A program made the position numbers and the translations under genes. DNA of 63,351 nucleotides, filler included, from Octopus bimaculoides (Eukaryota): assembly GCF_001194135.2 (NCBI RefSeq). It is 7 parts of 6 records of this genome, joined end to end, with 100 filler letters (N's around TTAATTAATTAA, not from the genome) between each part and the next. Parts side by side here need not be neighbours in the genome. Positions count along the whole stretch, not along the records: positions 19,473 to 25,581 come from NC_068989.1; positions 25,682 to 54,766 come from NC_068985.1; 5 more parts are not named here. One strand, 5' to 3'. A model generated the notes under the pieces. That model saw nothing but the letters and a program-made list of their open reading frames with translations. It was not told the DNA's origin and made no database searches. Of this stretch, positions 24,690 to 37,921 are shown one piece after another; positions within the stretch are counted from its first letter, which is position 1; each line of letters starts with the position of its first letter.

Positions 24690-24960
24690 TGTCTGCTTGC
24701 CTTGACATTGTGCAGTAGTTGCAAACCAAGTGTCATTGGTATGCAAGCGGTTTTCCTTCGTTTGCAGTCTCCCATGTCTGGACATGAGAGAAATAGCATC
24801 TCACCTGGAAGCAGGTGAGGGTTAGCAACAGGAAAGACATCCGACTGCAGAAAATCTGACCTCAACAACTTCCATCCAACACATGCATGCATGGAAAAGC
24901 AAATCTTAAAATGGTGGTGGTGGTGGTGAAGATGATGGTGATGGTGATGATGATGATGAT
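24690..24960 (+). mobile_element. Unclassified interspersed repeat ending in (GGT/GAT)n
   Basis: gttagcaacaggaaagacatccgactgcagaaaatctgacctcaac...gcatggaaaagc-like 3' end typical of RTE-associated SINE/LINE tails (recalled, not searched). Confidence 0.45.
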
Positions 24961-25018
24961 TTCTCCACCAAATCTTAATGTTGCACCACCCACATCAGGA
25001 ATGTACATACACATAGAT

Positions 25019-25437
25019 GCAGGCGTGGCTGTGTGGTAAGAAGCTTGCTTCCCAACCACATGGTTCCAAGTTCGGTCCCACTGCGTGGTACCTTGAGCAA
25101 GTGTCTTCTACTAAAGCCTCGAGCTAACCAAAGCCTTGTGAATTGATTTGGTAGATGGAAATTGAAAGAAGCCCATTGTGTATGTATATGTGTGTGTGTT
25201 TGTGTGCATTTGTGTCTATGTTTGTCCCCACCACCATCACTTGACAACCAATGTTGGTGTGTTTATGTCGCCATAACTTAACAGTTTGGTAAAAAGAGAC
25301 TAATAGAATAAGTACTAGGCTTACAAAGAATAAGTCCTGGGGGTCGATTTGTTCAACTAAAAAACCCTTTAAGGCAGTGCTCCAGCATGGCCACAGTCAA
25401 ATGACTGAATCAAGGAAAAAAATATAAAAAATAAAAG
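25019..25437 (+). mobile_element. SINE family A, full length
   Basis: gcaggcgtggctgtgtggtaagaagcttgcttcccaacc ... ctccagcatggccacagtcaaatgactga. Confidence 0.93.
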
Positions 25438-26439
25438 AACACAAATTCATTATAATGTTTTGCTATCTTCCACTTTGGAAGTGATGTTTTTTTGATGAGT
25501 TTTATTAGTTCTTGAATGGCCTCGATTGGCCCCTTTTGGATTGACTCCCAAAAGAAGCTCATTGGCTTGTGGTTTGATAAGNNNNNNNNNNNNNNNNNNN
25601 NNNNNNNNNNNNNNNNNNNNNNNNNTTAATTAATTAANNNNNNNNNNNNNNNNNNNNNNNNNNNNNNNNNNNNNNNNNNNNATATTCAAGTGATATACAG
25701 TTGCTCATCGTGCAACAAGCAAAAAAGCTGGTTCTAACATCTCTCTAACGCAGTAGTTGTACTAGCAAGTAATGTTCGTAGTCACTTAAACATGGGTGTT
25801 TTGTTCGATCGTAATTTACTGCGATATTGTAACCCCAAGATGACATATCCTCTTTAGGTTAAACAGCATTTCATGCGCAGACGTTTGAGCAGATATAGTT
25901 TTTGATAAAAACACAAGATATGTGCGGATATATGCGGGGATATTAACGGTAAAGGACTTCTCGATTCAATCAAAATTATGCGATCAAGAAGTCGCTATGA
26001 CATTTTGGGAACACAGTATTTTCACTAGTTATAAATCGTATAGAATGCTGAACATCATACGTATAAATTAACTTGTCTATCTTATATAGATACCTTTCAT
26101 ATAGGGGATATATACAATTACAGAATCAAATTATCATAAATTTAATAAAAGAAGTCATTTGCGCCGCTTCTTTGAAGCATATTTTCCATTTACTTAAATG
26201 AAATTTGAAAGCAAAACAATTGTCTAATGATATCCACAAGTATTTCTGCATGCTTCCATGAATATATAAACAAATTATAGTATGACGCTTGAATATCATT
26301 GTACGAAAATCAATAAACAGGGGCACATATTTACATTTTTAAACTATGAACATCATTGTCATTTCTAATTATTAAATTCCACATAGAAGGACCAGTAAAA
26401 AGATTTATTGTGCTATATAATCTCCAATGCCAGTATAAT

Positions 26440-26830
26440 GTTGTTGTTGTTTTTGGCACTCCGTCGCTTACGACGTCGCGGGTTCCATTTGATCCGATCA
26501 AAGGAACAGCCTGCTCGTGAAATTAACGTGCAAGTGGCTGAGCACTCCACAGTTACGCGCACCCGTAACGTAGTTCTCGGAGATATTCAGCGTGACACAG
26601 TGTGACATGGCTGACCCTTTGAATTACAGGCACGACAGAAACAGGAAGTAAGAGTGAGAGAAATTTATGGTGAAAGAGTACAGCAGGGTTCATTACCATC
26701 CCCTGCCGGCGCCTCGTGTAGCTTTAGGGGTTTTCGCTCAATAAATACTCACAACGGCATGTCTGGGAATCGAAACCGCGATCCTGTGACCGCGAGTCCG
26801 CTGCCCTAACCACTGGGCTATTGCGCCTCC
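26440..26830 (-). mobile_element. tRNA-derived SINE, family C
   Basis: Head (reverse complement) ggaggcgcaatagcccagtggttagggcagcggactcgcggtc...ggtttcgattccc with A and B boxes; (AAC)n tail. Confidence 0.8.
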
Positions 26831-27784
26831 GCCAGTATAACGATATTACTGTTAAATTGAAAATGTTTCTCATACATCCATAATCTCAGAAATGTAACAC
26901 ATATCGGACATAAATGTAAAAATCTATAGTGTTAATATACATTGCGTAGTTTGCGTATGAAATCAGACATGTCGAAGGGAAATCGAAATGGCGTGCAGCA
27001 TAATTGCTTTTGGTACCTTCAGATTCTAAATTTAAAGAATATCGGTGTGGACGTATCCGTTTATTACTCCAGTGAGCAAAAACCAATACCAGTAATGTTC
27101 TTGTTATAGTCATAGTATACAGTTTTACCATGTAATACGATGTTTTAGAGGTATCATATGAACACAAAGCAGCGATATGTGATATGCAGAGATGTCACAC
27201 GATTCAATTTCTAGCGAATCATAAAATTTGAAATACATGCCTTCTTGAACATTTATTTTATTCAACATGTAGAGACAGCTTAATTAATCATAATGACTGA
27301 ATTCTTGTCACCTCATTTTGCATTAATAATTACATTCATATGGCTTTTCCTATCGAACGATATTCATACTTCTGCCCTTGTTCCAAACGCAATGTATTCC
27401 CGTCGGTTTATATATATATAATTAATGTATTTCTAATCATCAAAGTATTTACGTCAACTTCTTTGAAGATAATATTGATCTGGTGCATTAACAACTCACT
27501 AATTAGTAATAATAAATGTATACTGATAATTCATGCCATAATCTAGTGTCTGTTGATCTGCAAATACAAGGATATACATTCTCATACGAAAGTTTAATGC
27601 AATTCTTTAAATAAATACTTTTTTACAAGTATGAATATTCATGAACCTAACCTCACGTCAGTGATTATGTATTCATCAAATTAAATTGAATCATTTTTAT
27701 TTTCTTCTTAATGTGAACATGGAATTAAAAGACCGTTTATTGTATACCACTAGTACTACATTCATACAACGATTGGGTCAAGTA

Positions 27785-28053
27785 GGAGAGGCTGTGTGGT
27801 AAGTGGGTTGTTTACGAACCACATGGTTTCGGGTTCAGTCCCACTGCGTGGCACTTTGGGCATGTGTCTTCTACTATAGACTCGGGCCGACCAAAGCCTT
27901 GTGAGTGGATTTGGTAGAGGGTAAGTGAAAGAAGCCCGTCGTATATATGTATACATACCTGTATGTGTGTGTGCGTGTGTGTGTGTGTGTGTCTGTCTGT
28001 GTGTGTGTGTGTGTGTGTTTGTGTGTCGGTGTTTGTCCTCCCAGCATCGCTTG
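27785..28053 (+). mobile_element. SINE family A, 3'-interrupted
   Basis: Complete head; tail stops at catcgcttga, with a possible continuation at ~28770-28815. Confidence 0.85.
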
Positions 28054-28157
28054 ATGTGTATGCATTTATGCAAAGATATATGTGAGTATATGCATGTGTG
28101 AGTATATGTGTGTGGGGTGTAGATATACACATAGATAGATATAGTTAGATATGCATG

Positions 28158-28219
<62 letters not shown>

Positions 28220-28319
28220 TGTTTGTATGTATTTATAGATTTATACCAAAATTTGGTAAAAATATTGTATCTGTTATCAAACGTAGCAAAATACTCACAT
28301 GTGAGTTTTTGTATGTATA

Positions 28320-28509
28320 TCGATTTAAATAAGAGCTAAAATCTGATCCATTGTAAAAACTTCAATATGGCCTATGAGCATTTCGATGCAATATCCAGAT
28401 CGATTCATGCATATTATATGCATGAATCGATCTGGATATTGCATCGAAATGGTCATAAGTTATAATAAAGTTTTTACAATGGATCACATTTTAGCTCTTA
28501 TTTAAATCG

Positions 28510-28510
<1 letters not shown>
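28320..28510. repeat. 191-bp near-perfect palindrome (foldback/MITE-like), flanked by TA
   Basis: Arms are symmetric about 28415. The inner ~36 bp per arm are perfect, with about 7 mismatches overall. Confidence 0.92.
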
Positions 28511-28561
<51 letters not shown>

Positions 28562-28651
28562 NNNNNNNNNNNNNNNNNNNNNNNNNNNNNNNNNNNNNNN
28601 NNNNNNNNNNNNNNNNNNNNNNNNNNNNNNNNNNNNNNNNNNNNNNNNNNN

Positions 28652-28711
<60 letters not shown>

Positions 28712-29754
28712 ATCCATAGAGATATACATATATACTTTTGTGCGTATGTGTACTTTTATATCCTCTGCAGCTTGACAACCACTGCCGGTTTGTTTACACA
28801 CCAGTAACTTTACCGTGTTGTAACACCAGATGTGTATTGTTCCCCTGATTACAAAAATGTCCATATTTCATTAATACAACAGCATTCGGGTCAAAGAGTA
28901 TGCATCTCTTCAGATTTAACCAACCATTTTGGTTAAGAAATTTGCAAAATATAATTATATATACTTTCTTAATAAAGGAAAAATGGTGTAATTAAATAGA
29001 ATATCAACAATCTCCCATTGGTTTAGTTTGAATTACATATAGACGATTCATTGCAGAAATTTTGAAATATTTTCAAGCGAGACAATTATTGATTTGAAAT
29101 CCAATATAGTATAAAATTAGTAATATTTTACTTCAATGTACTTGCTGTAGCACTGCAGTCACGTCGTGAAGGTTCCATAGATATCCTCCAAAGTGAAGGA
29201 TTTCAGGGTCCTTATTACAGCTCATCTAGAACTTAATTTATGGAGACCGAAATGATGATGGGCAAAGTTGACACCGATGTCATTTGAACTCAGAGGGTAA
29301 CGTGACAGAGAAAATACGGTTAAGCATTTTTCCTGCGCAGGTAACGAATCTATCACACCGCCTAGAAAATAAGTAATATTGAGAGTAAATAAATCAAAAT
29401 ATATGAATTTGTTATAAACATTGTGTAGCTTTGAGGCCATTACATGGTAAAAGACGAATAAGTAAATAGCTAGGCAGAAAATAGAAGCAAAATTAGAAAG
29501 ACTGTCAGCTCCAATGGTCTCCAATTATATTGCAATGTTAAATAGAAAATATTTTTATGTTTGAATTTGCTTCAATAAAATGAGAAATTGATTGAAAGAA
29601 ATGTATTTTCTTTTGGTTTTTGCATTCCAAAATAACTATACAAATATGATTTTTGAAACTCGTTTTTTCCCTCTACATTCAGTAAATTTGAATGCTACTC
29701 TTTCAAAATGATACGTTTATTTGGAAGGTTAGAGGACAAGTGAATACCGTTTAC

Positions 29755-29822
29755 CTGATACATATAACGTTATGAATTTAAATCATACTGGTTATTATAT
29801 TGGCATGTAAAGGAACTGGTTT
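29755..29822 (-). other. Candidate small exon (non-coding or start-codon exon)
   Basis: Acceptor tattttcatatttcacag|, donor cag|gtaaac. Stops in all frames except the terminal ATG TAT CAG. Confidence 0.3.
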
Positions 29823-29906
29823 CTGTGAAATATGAAAATATATTATGCCGCTGAATGTGCATACATATACGAATTTTCACAATATCCACACAAACAATTC
29901 TTTCTC

Positions 29907-29951
<45 letters not shown>

Positions 29952-30413
29952 GTGTATTCAGGTATACACATGTATATATGTATATTCTCGAAAATGTATT
30001 CTAGTTACGTTTTCCTTGTTTCTAGAAACATATATGCAAAGCGTTTTCATTAGAAATATACTACAACATAAGCACCCTCATATACTCTCAGAATACAGAT
30101 GTTTGATTGCATACTTGTTTCTTATATATATATATATATATANNNNNNNNNNNNNNNNNNNNNNNNNNNNNNNNNNNNNNNNNNNNNNNNNNNNNNNNNN
30201 NNNNNNNNNNNNNNNNNNNNNNNNNNNNNNNNNNNNNNNNNNNNNNNNNNNNNNNNNNNNNNNNNNNNNNNNNNNNNNNNNNNNNNNNNNNNNNNNNNNN
30301 NNNNNNNNNNNNNNNNNNNNNNNNNNNNNNNNNNNNNNNNNNNNNNNNNNNNNNNNNNNNNNNNNNNNNNNNNNNNNNNNNNNNNNNNNNNNNNNNNNNN
30401 NNNNNNNNNNNNN

Positions 30414-30453
<40 letters not shown>

Positions 30454-32517
30454 ACATCCATCTATAATTATATGTGCAAAAAGAATATATTTTCATATTT
30501 TCATATACGAATATACTTGCAGTTTTCAACCTGTTTGTTTTCTTATAGTTTTTACTTCCGTTTATAATATACAAGTTTTTTAAACATAATTTCAGAGAAA
30601 TAGAGAATATATTGTAGAGTGACAAATCGATCTAACATATCTAGCTATGATCCGCTACATGCTTTGTAAAAATGATGAATTTTGACTTTCTATTGTCCCT
30701 GTCCGGATGTATAAGGCAATTTTAAATAGAAATTCAGTTAACGAAAGCCAGTTTTACTCTTTTCGCTTAATCAATTTGTTCTGAGGCAGTATACAATGTT
30801 ATTAGAATTGGTATATTATATTTTGGAAAAAAGAGAATAAAGGATAATAAAGAAAAATTGAGAAGAAAAAAGGAAGAAAGTCGAAGTAACGTTAGAGCTT
30901 TCTTGCTTGTCTGCTCTGTAAAACCGATAGTCGATGTACTTTAGAATACTGTCCAAAATATACAAGAAATGGTGTGCCTTTCATAATCAAAGCACTATAA
31001 AGCGATATTTGATTCCAATTCCTGATTTCAGAAATTCCCCAAATTCGCGCGCACGCGTGCACACACACATAAACACACAAACACCGAAGAAAGCACTATA
31101 TTGATCGCTAACCATTTATTACTCATTAAATAGAGACTAATTGTATGATAGGGTCAACTCTATGACATACAATTCATTCTTGCTTTACTATAAATTCTTC
31201 CTTACTTGTTCACTAACATATTCTTTCATTTAAATTATTTTTAATAATTTGCATTCCTTGTCACGGAATTTTTGCATAATTTAAACATACATCTGGTATA
31301 TGTCTCCAGCATTTGTAATCGTTTTCCATATATTAAAGCATGGTTCAATGAAAATTTCTTAAAACTAATATCATGAATTCCCATGGATGATATTCGTTTA
31401 CCAGGCTAGCAGAGAAATTATAATTATTTATGTTTCCTTCCATAATAATTTTAAAGTTTGCTTAGTGAGATATTCACAAACCTGGGCAGAGTTAAATTAC
31501 ATCTTATTTTCAGTTAGTCATCCACAATTTGTTTATCATGGTCACTAATTCTGAACTACCATACATTTGTGTATGTATGTATGTCATTTTTTCTAATAGA
31601 GAAAGAGCCGGTTTCTAATCTAGATCCTATGTATCAATCTTTCTGCTGTAGACCATATAGCCTCACATCGTGAGGTCAACATTTAGTTCTCGATGTCTCC
31701 AACGTCGACTTTAGCTCGCTTCTTTTCGAGGTACATATAGGTTTTCTTTTTACCTTATTTTCCCTTCGCTAAGACCCATATTTCTATTTTCTGTTCGCCT
31801 TCTTACACTTCCTCTAAATTCAGCTCATATAACGTCAGTCAATTATGATTATAATCAACGTCAATCAATTAAGATTATATTCTCTCTCACATACACATAT
31901 ATACAATAATCGTCGATATAATTGTTGTTTGGTTGGTGTCTTGGTTGAGTTTTCAGTAATAGCTTACATCGTAAAGTGGGAGAGAAAAATGATATGTATC
32001 TAAAGGTGTATATATATATATATATATATATATATTCAGGTGTGTATGTATGATACATACATATATATATAAATATATTGGTTTGTTAGAACCAAATAAC
32101 AAATAGAACACAATGCAGACACACATATGTATTTATGGGTATATAGACATATGCGCGTGTTTGTATGTGTGTATGTGTCTGTGTGCCTGTGTCTGTGTCA
32201 GTGTGTGTGTGTATAGCTGTATTTCACCAAAGATAAAATTATATATAAAATAAGGAAGTACATAAGCTTCATTATGGGTCAAATATATAAATTATGGCAG
32301 TTAGATGTGAAAGATGTTATTAATGAGATGCAAAATACAAATGATTTGAGTTAGACAGGAAAGCATATGTGGAAGATGGTTAGAAAGAAGAACGGAGTTG
32401 AAAACCATTCTTCAAATAAAGTTCATTAAGCTTGAGAAAAAAATCACAAGAGTAAACGAAAAATGACTTCTGGTATGAGGTATAGAAAATTGATAATGTG
32501 ATACTGTATCTTGGAAA

Positions 32518-33499
32518 GGCGGCGAGTTGGCAGAAATGTTAGAACGCCGGGCGAAATGCCAAGTAGTATTTCATCTGTCTTTACGTTCTGAGTTCAAATT
32601 CCACCGAGGTCGACTTTACCTTTCATCCTTTCGGGGTCGATAAATTGAGTACCAGTTGCGTACTGAGGTCAATCTAATCGACTGGCGCGCTCCCCAAAAA
32701 TTTCGGGCCTTCTGCCTAGAGTAGAAAATAATATTGTTGTGTCTTGGAAAGGCGACGAGGTGGCAGAAACGTTATCACGCCGGGCGAAATGCTTAGCGGT
32801 ATTTCGTCTGCTGTTACGTTCTGAGTTCAAATTCCGCCGAGATCAACTTTGACTTTCATCCTTTCGGAGTCGATAAATTAAGTATCAGTTACGCACTGGG
32901 GCCGATGTAATCAACTTTATCCCTTCGTCTGTCCTTGTTTGTCCCTTCTATGTTTAGCCCCTTGTGGGCAATAAAGAAATAAGAAACGTTAGGACGCCGG
33001 GCAAAATGCTTAAGGGTATTTCGTCTTCTGTTACGTTCTGAGTTCAAATAATGCCGAGGTCGAATTTTGGCTTTCATCCTTTCGGGGTCGATAAATCAAG
33101 TAACAATTATGCACTGGGTTCGATGTAATCTACTTAATCCGTTTGTCTGTCCGTGTTTGTCCCTTCTATGTTTAGCCCCTTGTGGGCAATAAGGACATAA
33201 GAATCTTTAGCACGCCGGGCGAAATGCTTATCGGTATTTCTACAGTCTTCGTGTTCCGAGTTCAAATTCAGCCGAAGTCGACCTTACTTTTCATCCTTTC
33301 GGGGTCGATAAATTAATTACCAGTTGCGTCCTGTGGTCGACCTAATCGACTTCCCCCTCCCCCCAAATGTTGGGCCGTGTGGCTAAAGAAGAAAGAATGT
33401 TGTATCTTGGAAAGACGGTGAGCTGCCAGAAATGTTAGCACGCCGGGCAAAATACTTAGCGGTATTTCGTCTGTTTTTACGTTCTGAGTTCAAATTCCG
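32518..33499 (+). mobile_element. Tandem array of five SINE family B units
   Basis: Units start at ~32518, 32751, 32983, 33201 and 33414. Shared spacer tgt(a/g)tcttggaaa precedes units 1, 2 and 5. Confidence 0.92.
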
Positions 33500-33652
33500 T
33501 TTTGTATTGGCTTACTTGGAAATTTTTGTACGTTACCCGCTACCTCCGTTTGTTAGTATCAGGTGACGATGTTTGGCGAAGTGTTTGTGAAGAATGAACA
33601 CATGATTAAGTTTATAAACTTTTGTACGCTTCCCTCTACGGCCGTGTTTTAG

Positions 33653-33664
33653 TGTCACGTGACA
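33653..33664. promoter_or_regulatory. Palindromic E-box TGTCACGTGACA (USF/MiT-type)
   Basis: Perfect 12-bp palindrome in unique sequence, with minus-strand donor sites at 33536 and 33515. Confidence 0.3.
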
Positions 33665-33945
33665 GTATATTTTCTTTATATTATCATAAAAGGAAAGCTT
33701 TGAAGAATAACTTATTTAGATCCAACCGATAGAGTTCACGACACCAGATGTCACAAACCTAAGATGACAAGCCGAAGATAATTATCATATCGCAACAACT
33801 CTCTCAGTAGAAGAAATTAATATTATGTGAAAGGTCCTAAAATTCACCCCAACACCACAGCACCTAACTCCAATGAAACAAAGAAAAATATTTCACAGTT
33901 CTGTAGAAAATTACGCCTACCTGTATATATGTATGTATATGTATG

Positions 33946-33977
<32 letters not shown>

Positions 33978-34329
33978 TGTATGTATGTATATATGTGTAT
34001 ATGTATGTACCTACGTATGTATGGATGTATATGTATATAAGCATAAAGGATTAAAAGAGGGTAAATTTCCGGATGAAACGTTTTAAGTGAATTAGTTCTG
34101 TTCAAAGCGTTTTGTCTATGATTATCGAATTAAGAAAACTATTCTTCAAAAACTGGGCATATCCCTAACATTTTCTCTAGGGACATTTTTAAGTACACAC
34201 GCGTGCGCTTGTGTCCGTGTATTGTCTTATGTACTGTAACATTTTCAGTCCATCTCCTCATATTAAAATTGCGTGTCTGTGTGCGTGTGTGTATCTGTAT
34301 ATATGTATGTAGGTATGCATATATATTAT

Positions 34330-34510
34330 TTCTCTTGCTTCAGTCATTTTAACTGTGGCCATGCAGTAGCAATCAAATCCAGGACTTACTGTTTGTAAGG
34401 CTTGTACTTATGATATCGTCACTTTTGAAGAAGCGCTAAGTTAAGGGAACGTAAAAATTTCAACATCAGAACATTGGTTGTCAAGCGATGCTGGGAGGAC
34501 AAACCCAGGC
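34330..34510 (-). mobile_element. SINE family A tail
   Basis: Reverse-complement tail running into (TA)n and a gap. Confidence 0.8.
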
Positions 34511-34927
34511 ACAAAGATACACACGTATATATATATATATATATATATATATATNNNNNNNNNNNNNNNNNNNNNNNNNNNNNNNNNNNNNNNNNNNNNN
34601 NNNNNNNNNNNNNNNNNNNNNNNNNNNNNNNNNNNNNNNNNNNNNNNNNNNNNNNNNNNNNNNNNNNNNNNNNNNNNNNNNNNNNNNNNNNNNNNNNNNN
34701 NNNNNNNNNNNNNNNNNNNNNNNNNNNNNNNNNNNNNNNNNNNNNNNNNNNNNNNNNNNNNNNNNNNNNNNNNNNNNNNNNNNNNNNNNNNNNNNNNNNN
34801 NNNNNNNNNNNNNNNNNNNNNNNNNNNNNNNNNNNNNNNNNNNNNNNNNNNNNNNNNNNNNNNNNNNNNNNNNNNNNNNNNNNNNNNNNNNNNNNNNNNN
34901 NNNNNNNNNNNNNNNNNNNNNNNNNNN

Positions 34928-34962
<35 letters not shown>

Positions 34963-37495
34963 GTAGAAAATGCAAGAACATTTTAGAACCGGTTTCACTG
35001 TCTGTGTATTTTCCAGCCCAGAGCAAAGCATAAAATGCAATTAAATTGTGGAACAATTAAATTAAATGTTTTTTTTATAATTCCATAGTATTTACGTTTA
35101 TTCCACAGTATTTACTTTTATTTGAAAAATATGTGGGAAATTTTCCTTTCTTCTGTCTCTCTGCCGTTTACTTTTGTGAAGGCTCGGTATGCAGGTAGCT
35201 GTAGATCTACAGAAATATTAAACTATTAAAATATTAATATTAAAATATATATAATAGCAACTGTGATATGACTGAAGCTGATGAGTAAGCCTTTTACCTA
35301 CAGTAATTCAAAAATTATACAGCTATATTGTAAAATTTAAATTATATGCATTAATACAGGCATGTAAATTAACTTATTATTTGTATATTATGCATTAAAA
35401 CCAATTGTTTTGATGTCATATTGGCTGCGAAACGATCGTAGTTAATTGACGTTAATTGGCGAAATATTTTTTTCATCCTATAATAATTTTGGTTTCTTTA
35501 CATTCTATAAATTTCTAATGAAATAATCATTAGCAATTGGATGTATTGGATTTTAACTGCATCGGACTATACAAGTTATATCCTTTTGTTTTGTGTTGGC
35601 TTACTATGTACTTTGTAGCCTGAGACATCACATGAGATTGTTTATGAGTACCACCAGATTAGATTTATCCATGCGTTGTACGTTTAATTTAAATACATAC
35701 TGACATGCAAACGATATATATATATATACATATATATATAGTCTAATCTAATATTGGTGAAATTCAGTGGCATTAAGAAAGAGGAGAATCACTCGATTTA
35801 CCTAAATCTGACAAATTCCCTATTCATAAATTCCTTTCTGCTGTGTTATAACAAATAATTCTTACAATATATTGCACAGATCAATCTTTCATTGTGTTGT
35901 CATCCGTACATTGGAAATTGAAAGATTTATAATCCCGTTAGAGATCGAACAACACATAGCGGAATCGTATCAATTCACAAACATCGGACAGATCGCATAA
36001 TTCTATGGTCATATTAAAGAATTTTGAGTCATAGCATTTACCCACAAATGCATTGTCTTATCATAACCAACCACGGTTTTCTTTTTTCTTTTTAACAATG
36101 CCGAGTGATATTGTAATATTATTAGTCACTGCAAATTATATCTTCTCAATTCTAAATCTCTTTAAACAAGTGCATATATTTTGAATGCTCAAAGTGTACA
36201 CTATCGAACTACAAAAATTGCCAATAGATGATTATTATCTATTCTATTGAACCACGTTTTTAAGTGATAAACCGGAAATACATAATACAGAAGTAAACTG
36301 TACGATGTTTAAAATGAAGCGTATTTGCTTTCATGCTTCTAGTGTTATTTTGCATTTGTTTGTTGTGTGGAATATGTTGTATATGTATTGATTATTTTAT
36401 TGGATTAGAACAATGTTGCACATAAGTTTGTTGATTTAGCAATGTTATGTTATCGGGTGATGAATGAGTACTCGGAATACTCTGAATTACGTGTCCTGTC
36501 GTTTGTAGATTGTTTAAACTATGTATTGAGCAGGTGTAGCGTCCTTTGTATTGTATCATATTCCGTGCGGTTGTGTAGAATATGCGATACCGAGAATTTG
36601 TTTAACTATTAGTTAGTAATGAGGAAGAATCCGTGTTGGTAGAATACGTTTAATATGATTTGCGATGACTACATTGTGTGTGAGAAGTACACTACATGAC
36701 ATATGCAAATGATTTTAATATGACAAACCTAAATTGAACGTCTTCGTATTAACGATGGTCTATTTAGTATTCTGTAAAAAATTATGTCTGATTTCTTTGA
36801 TATTATTTCTAATAGATTTCTCATAACATTAAACCCAGGTATTTTGTTTCATTTCATACTCGTATTTTGCTTATTTCCTTTCAAATAGCGTTATAATTTG
36901 ATCATTTTTGCCAATTGGATAATAATTCTAAAATATCGTTACTTTTTATTTTATAATATATAAATCGAATATTTCTGAGATATGATTTTTTTAGATTGTA
37001 TCACGATGTTATTTTGTTATTTTAAATTTGAATTACTGTACTTCTTTATGCAGGATATCCACACAATTTCAATGTTATAAATGACGCAAGATAGAAAACA
37101 ACTATTTTATATAAAGACATTTGCAACTGCTCATACCTTTTATTTATGAAATAGCCATTTGCAATATTTCCTGTGCTACAATATCGAGTCATTTGAAGTA
37201 GTAATCATAGGTTTTCGTTTCATTTGTAGTGGCAGTACATTCAACAAACACAGATGCAACTTATTTTATATAAGAAATTTTGAAGAAGCAATGAATCAAA
37301 TACACAGGCGATGCTTCATACGTAAGTGAAATTCTACAAATCATGTAAATATATAATATGTAAATATCAAGTTGTGTGTGTTAAAGAGTACGGCAAACAA
37401 CAGTTATAATATTGTATTTTACATAAACATTTTCAGTCAAAAGAAGCAAATCATATTTGAGCATCAGAAGAGAATGGAAAATAATTGGACGAGGC

Positions 37496-37610
37496 ATACT
37501 ACAAACGACGTTTCCTCTTTGTTCCCCGACAAAGAGAGAAGGAAGTGATAAAATACCGCCTTTTAAAATGGCGGATGCCAGCTTTTATAAAAACGCAAGG
37601 CTTGTAGTAT
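37496..37610. promoter_or_regulatory. Candidate bidirectional housekeeping-type promoter
   Basis: Inverted ATACTACAA pair (37496-37504 and 37602-37610), GGAAGT (37541-37546), and YY1-like AAAATGGCGG (37565-37574) in the near-palindrome ccgccttttaaaatggcgg. Confidence 0.45.
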
Positions 37611-37796
37611 GAACTGGCTAATGTGCATAAGATTGTGTGAGAAATCGATTGGGTTCAGGGCTTTTGGAATGGTTGAGATTATCTTTGACATTCACCCTTA
37701 CAGGATTGACAAAGTAAACATCAGAGTTACAACATTTGATTTATTCGTTAGTTACTTCCTCAAATTTCGTAACAGTATATTGAATTATTTCTGCAG

Positions 37797-37921
37797 GCAT
37801 GGAATGACTTTCTTAACTTTGGAAAATCTGGAAAAATCGATATCCAAAAAAAAACAAGTATTTTGTAAAAGAGGCATGAATATAAATATCAGAGTTTACA
37901 GACCTGCAGACACTGCTCAAG
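37797..37921 (+). other. Candidate exon of an unidentified gene
   Basis: Acceptor ttatttctgcag|, near-consensus donor CAAG|GTAAGG. One frame is open (HGMTFLTLENLEKSISKKKQVFCKRGMNINIRVYRPADTAQ). Confidence 0.35.

Noticed and set aside
25750-27170. Isolated 30-90-codon open frames (25750-25850, 26886-27167; also 35880-36000, 39420-39540, 50366-50559, 60430-60570)
   Set aside because: No recognisable domain, competing frames on both strands, and lengths reachable by chance in AT-rich DNA.
30672-30784. Box C/D snoRNA candidates (also 2511-2623 and 36458-36485)
   Set aside because: C/D-like words without a terminal stem or a recognisable rRNA-complementary guide; expected by chance.
36340-36760. 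Mitochondrial insertion (numt), suggested by GT skew
   Set aside because: No recognisable mitochondrial protein or rRNA motifs; better explained as UTR-like sequence.
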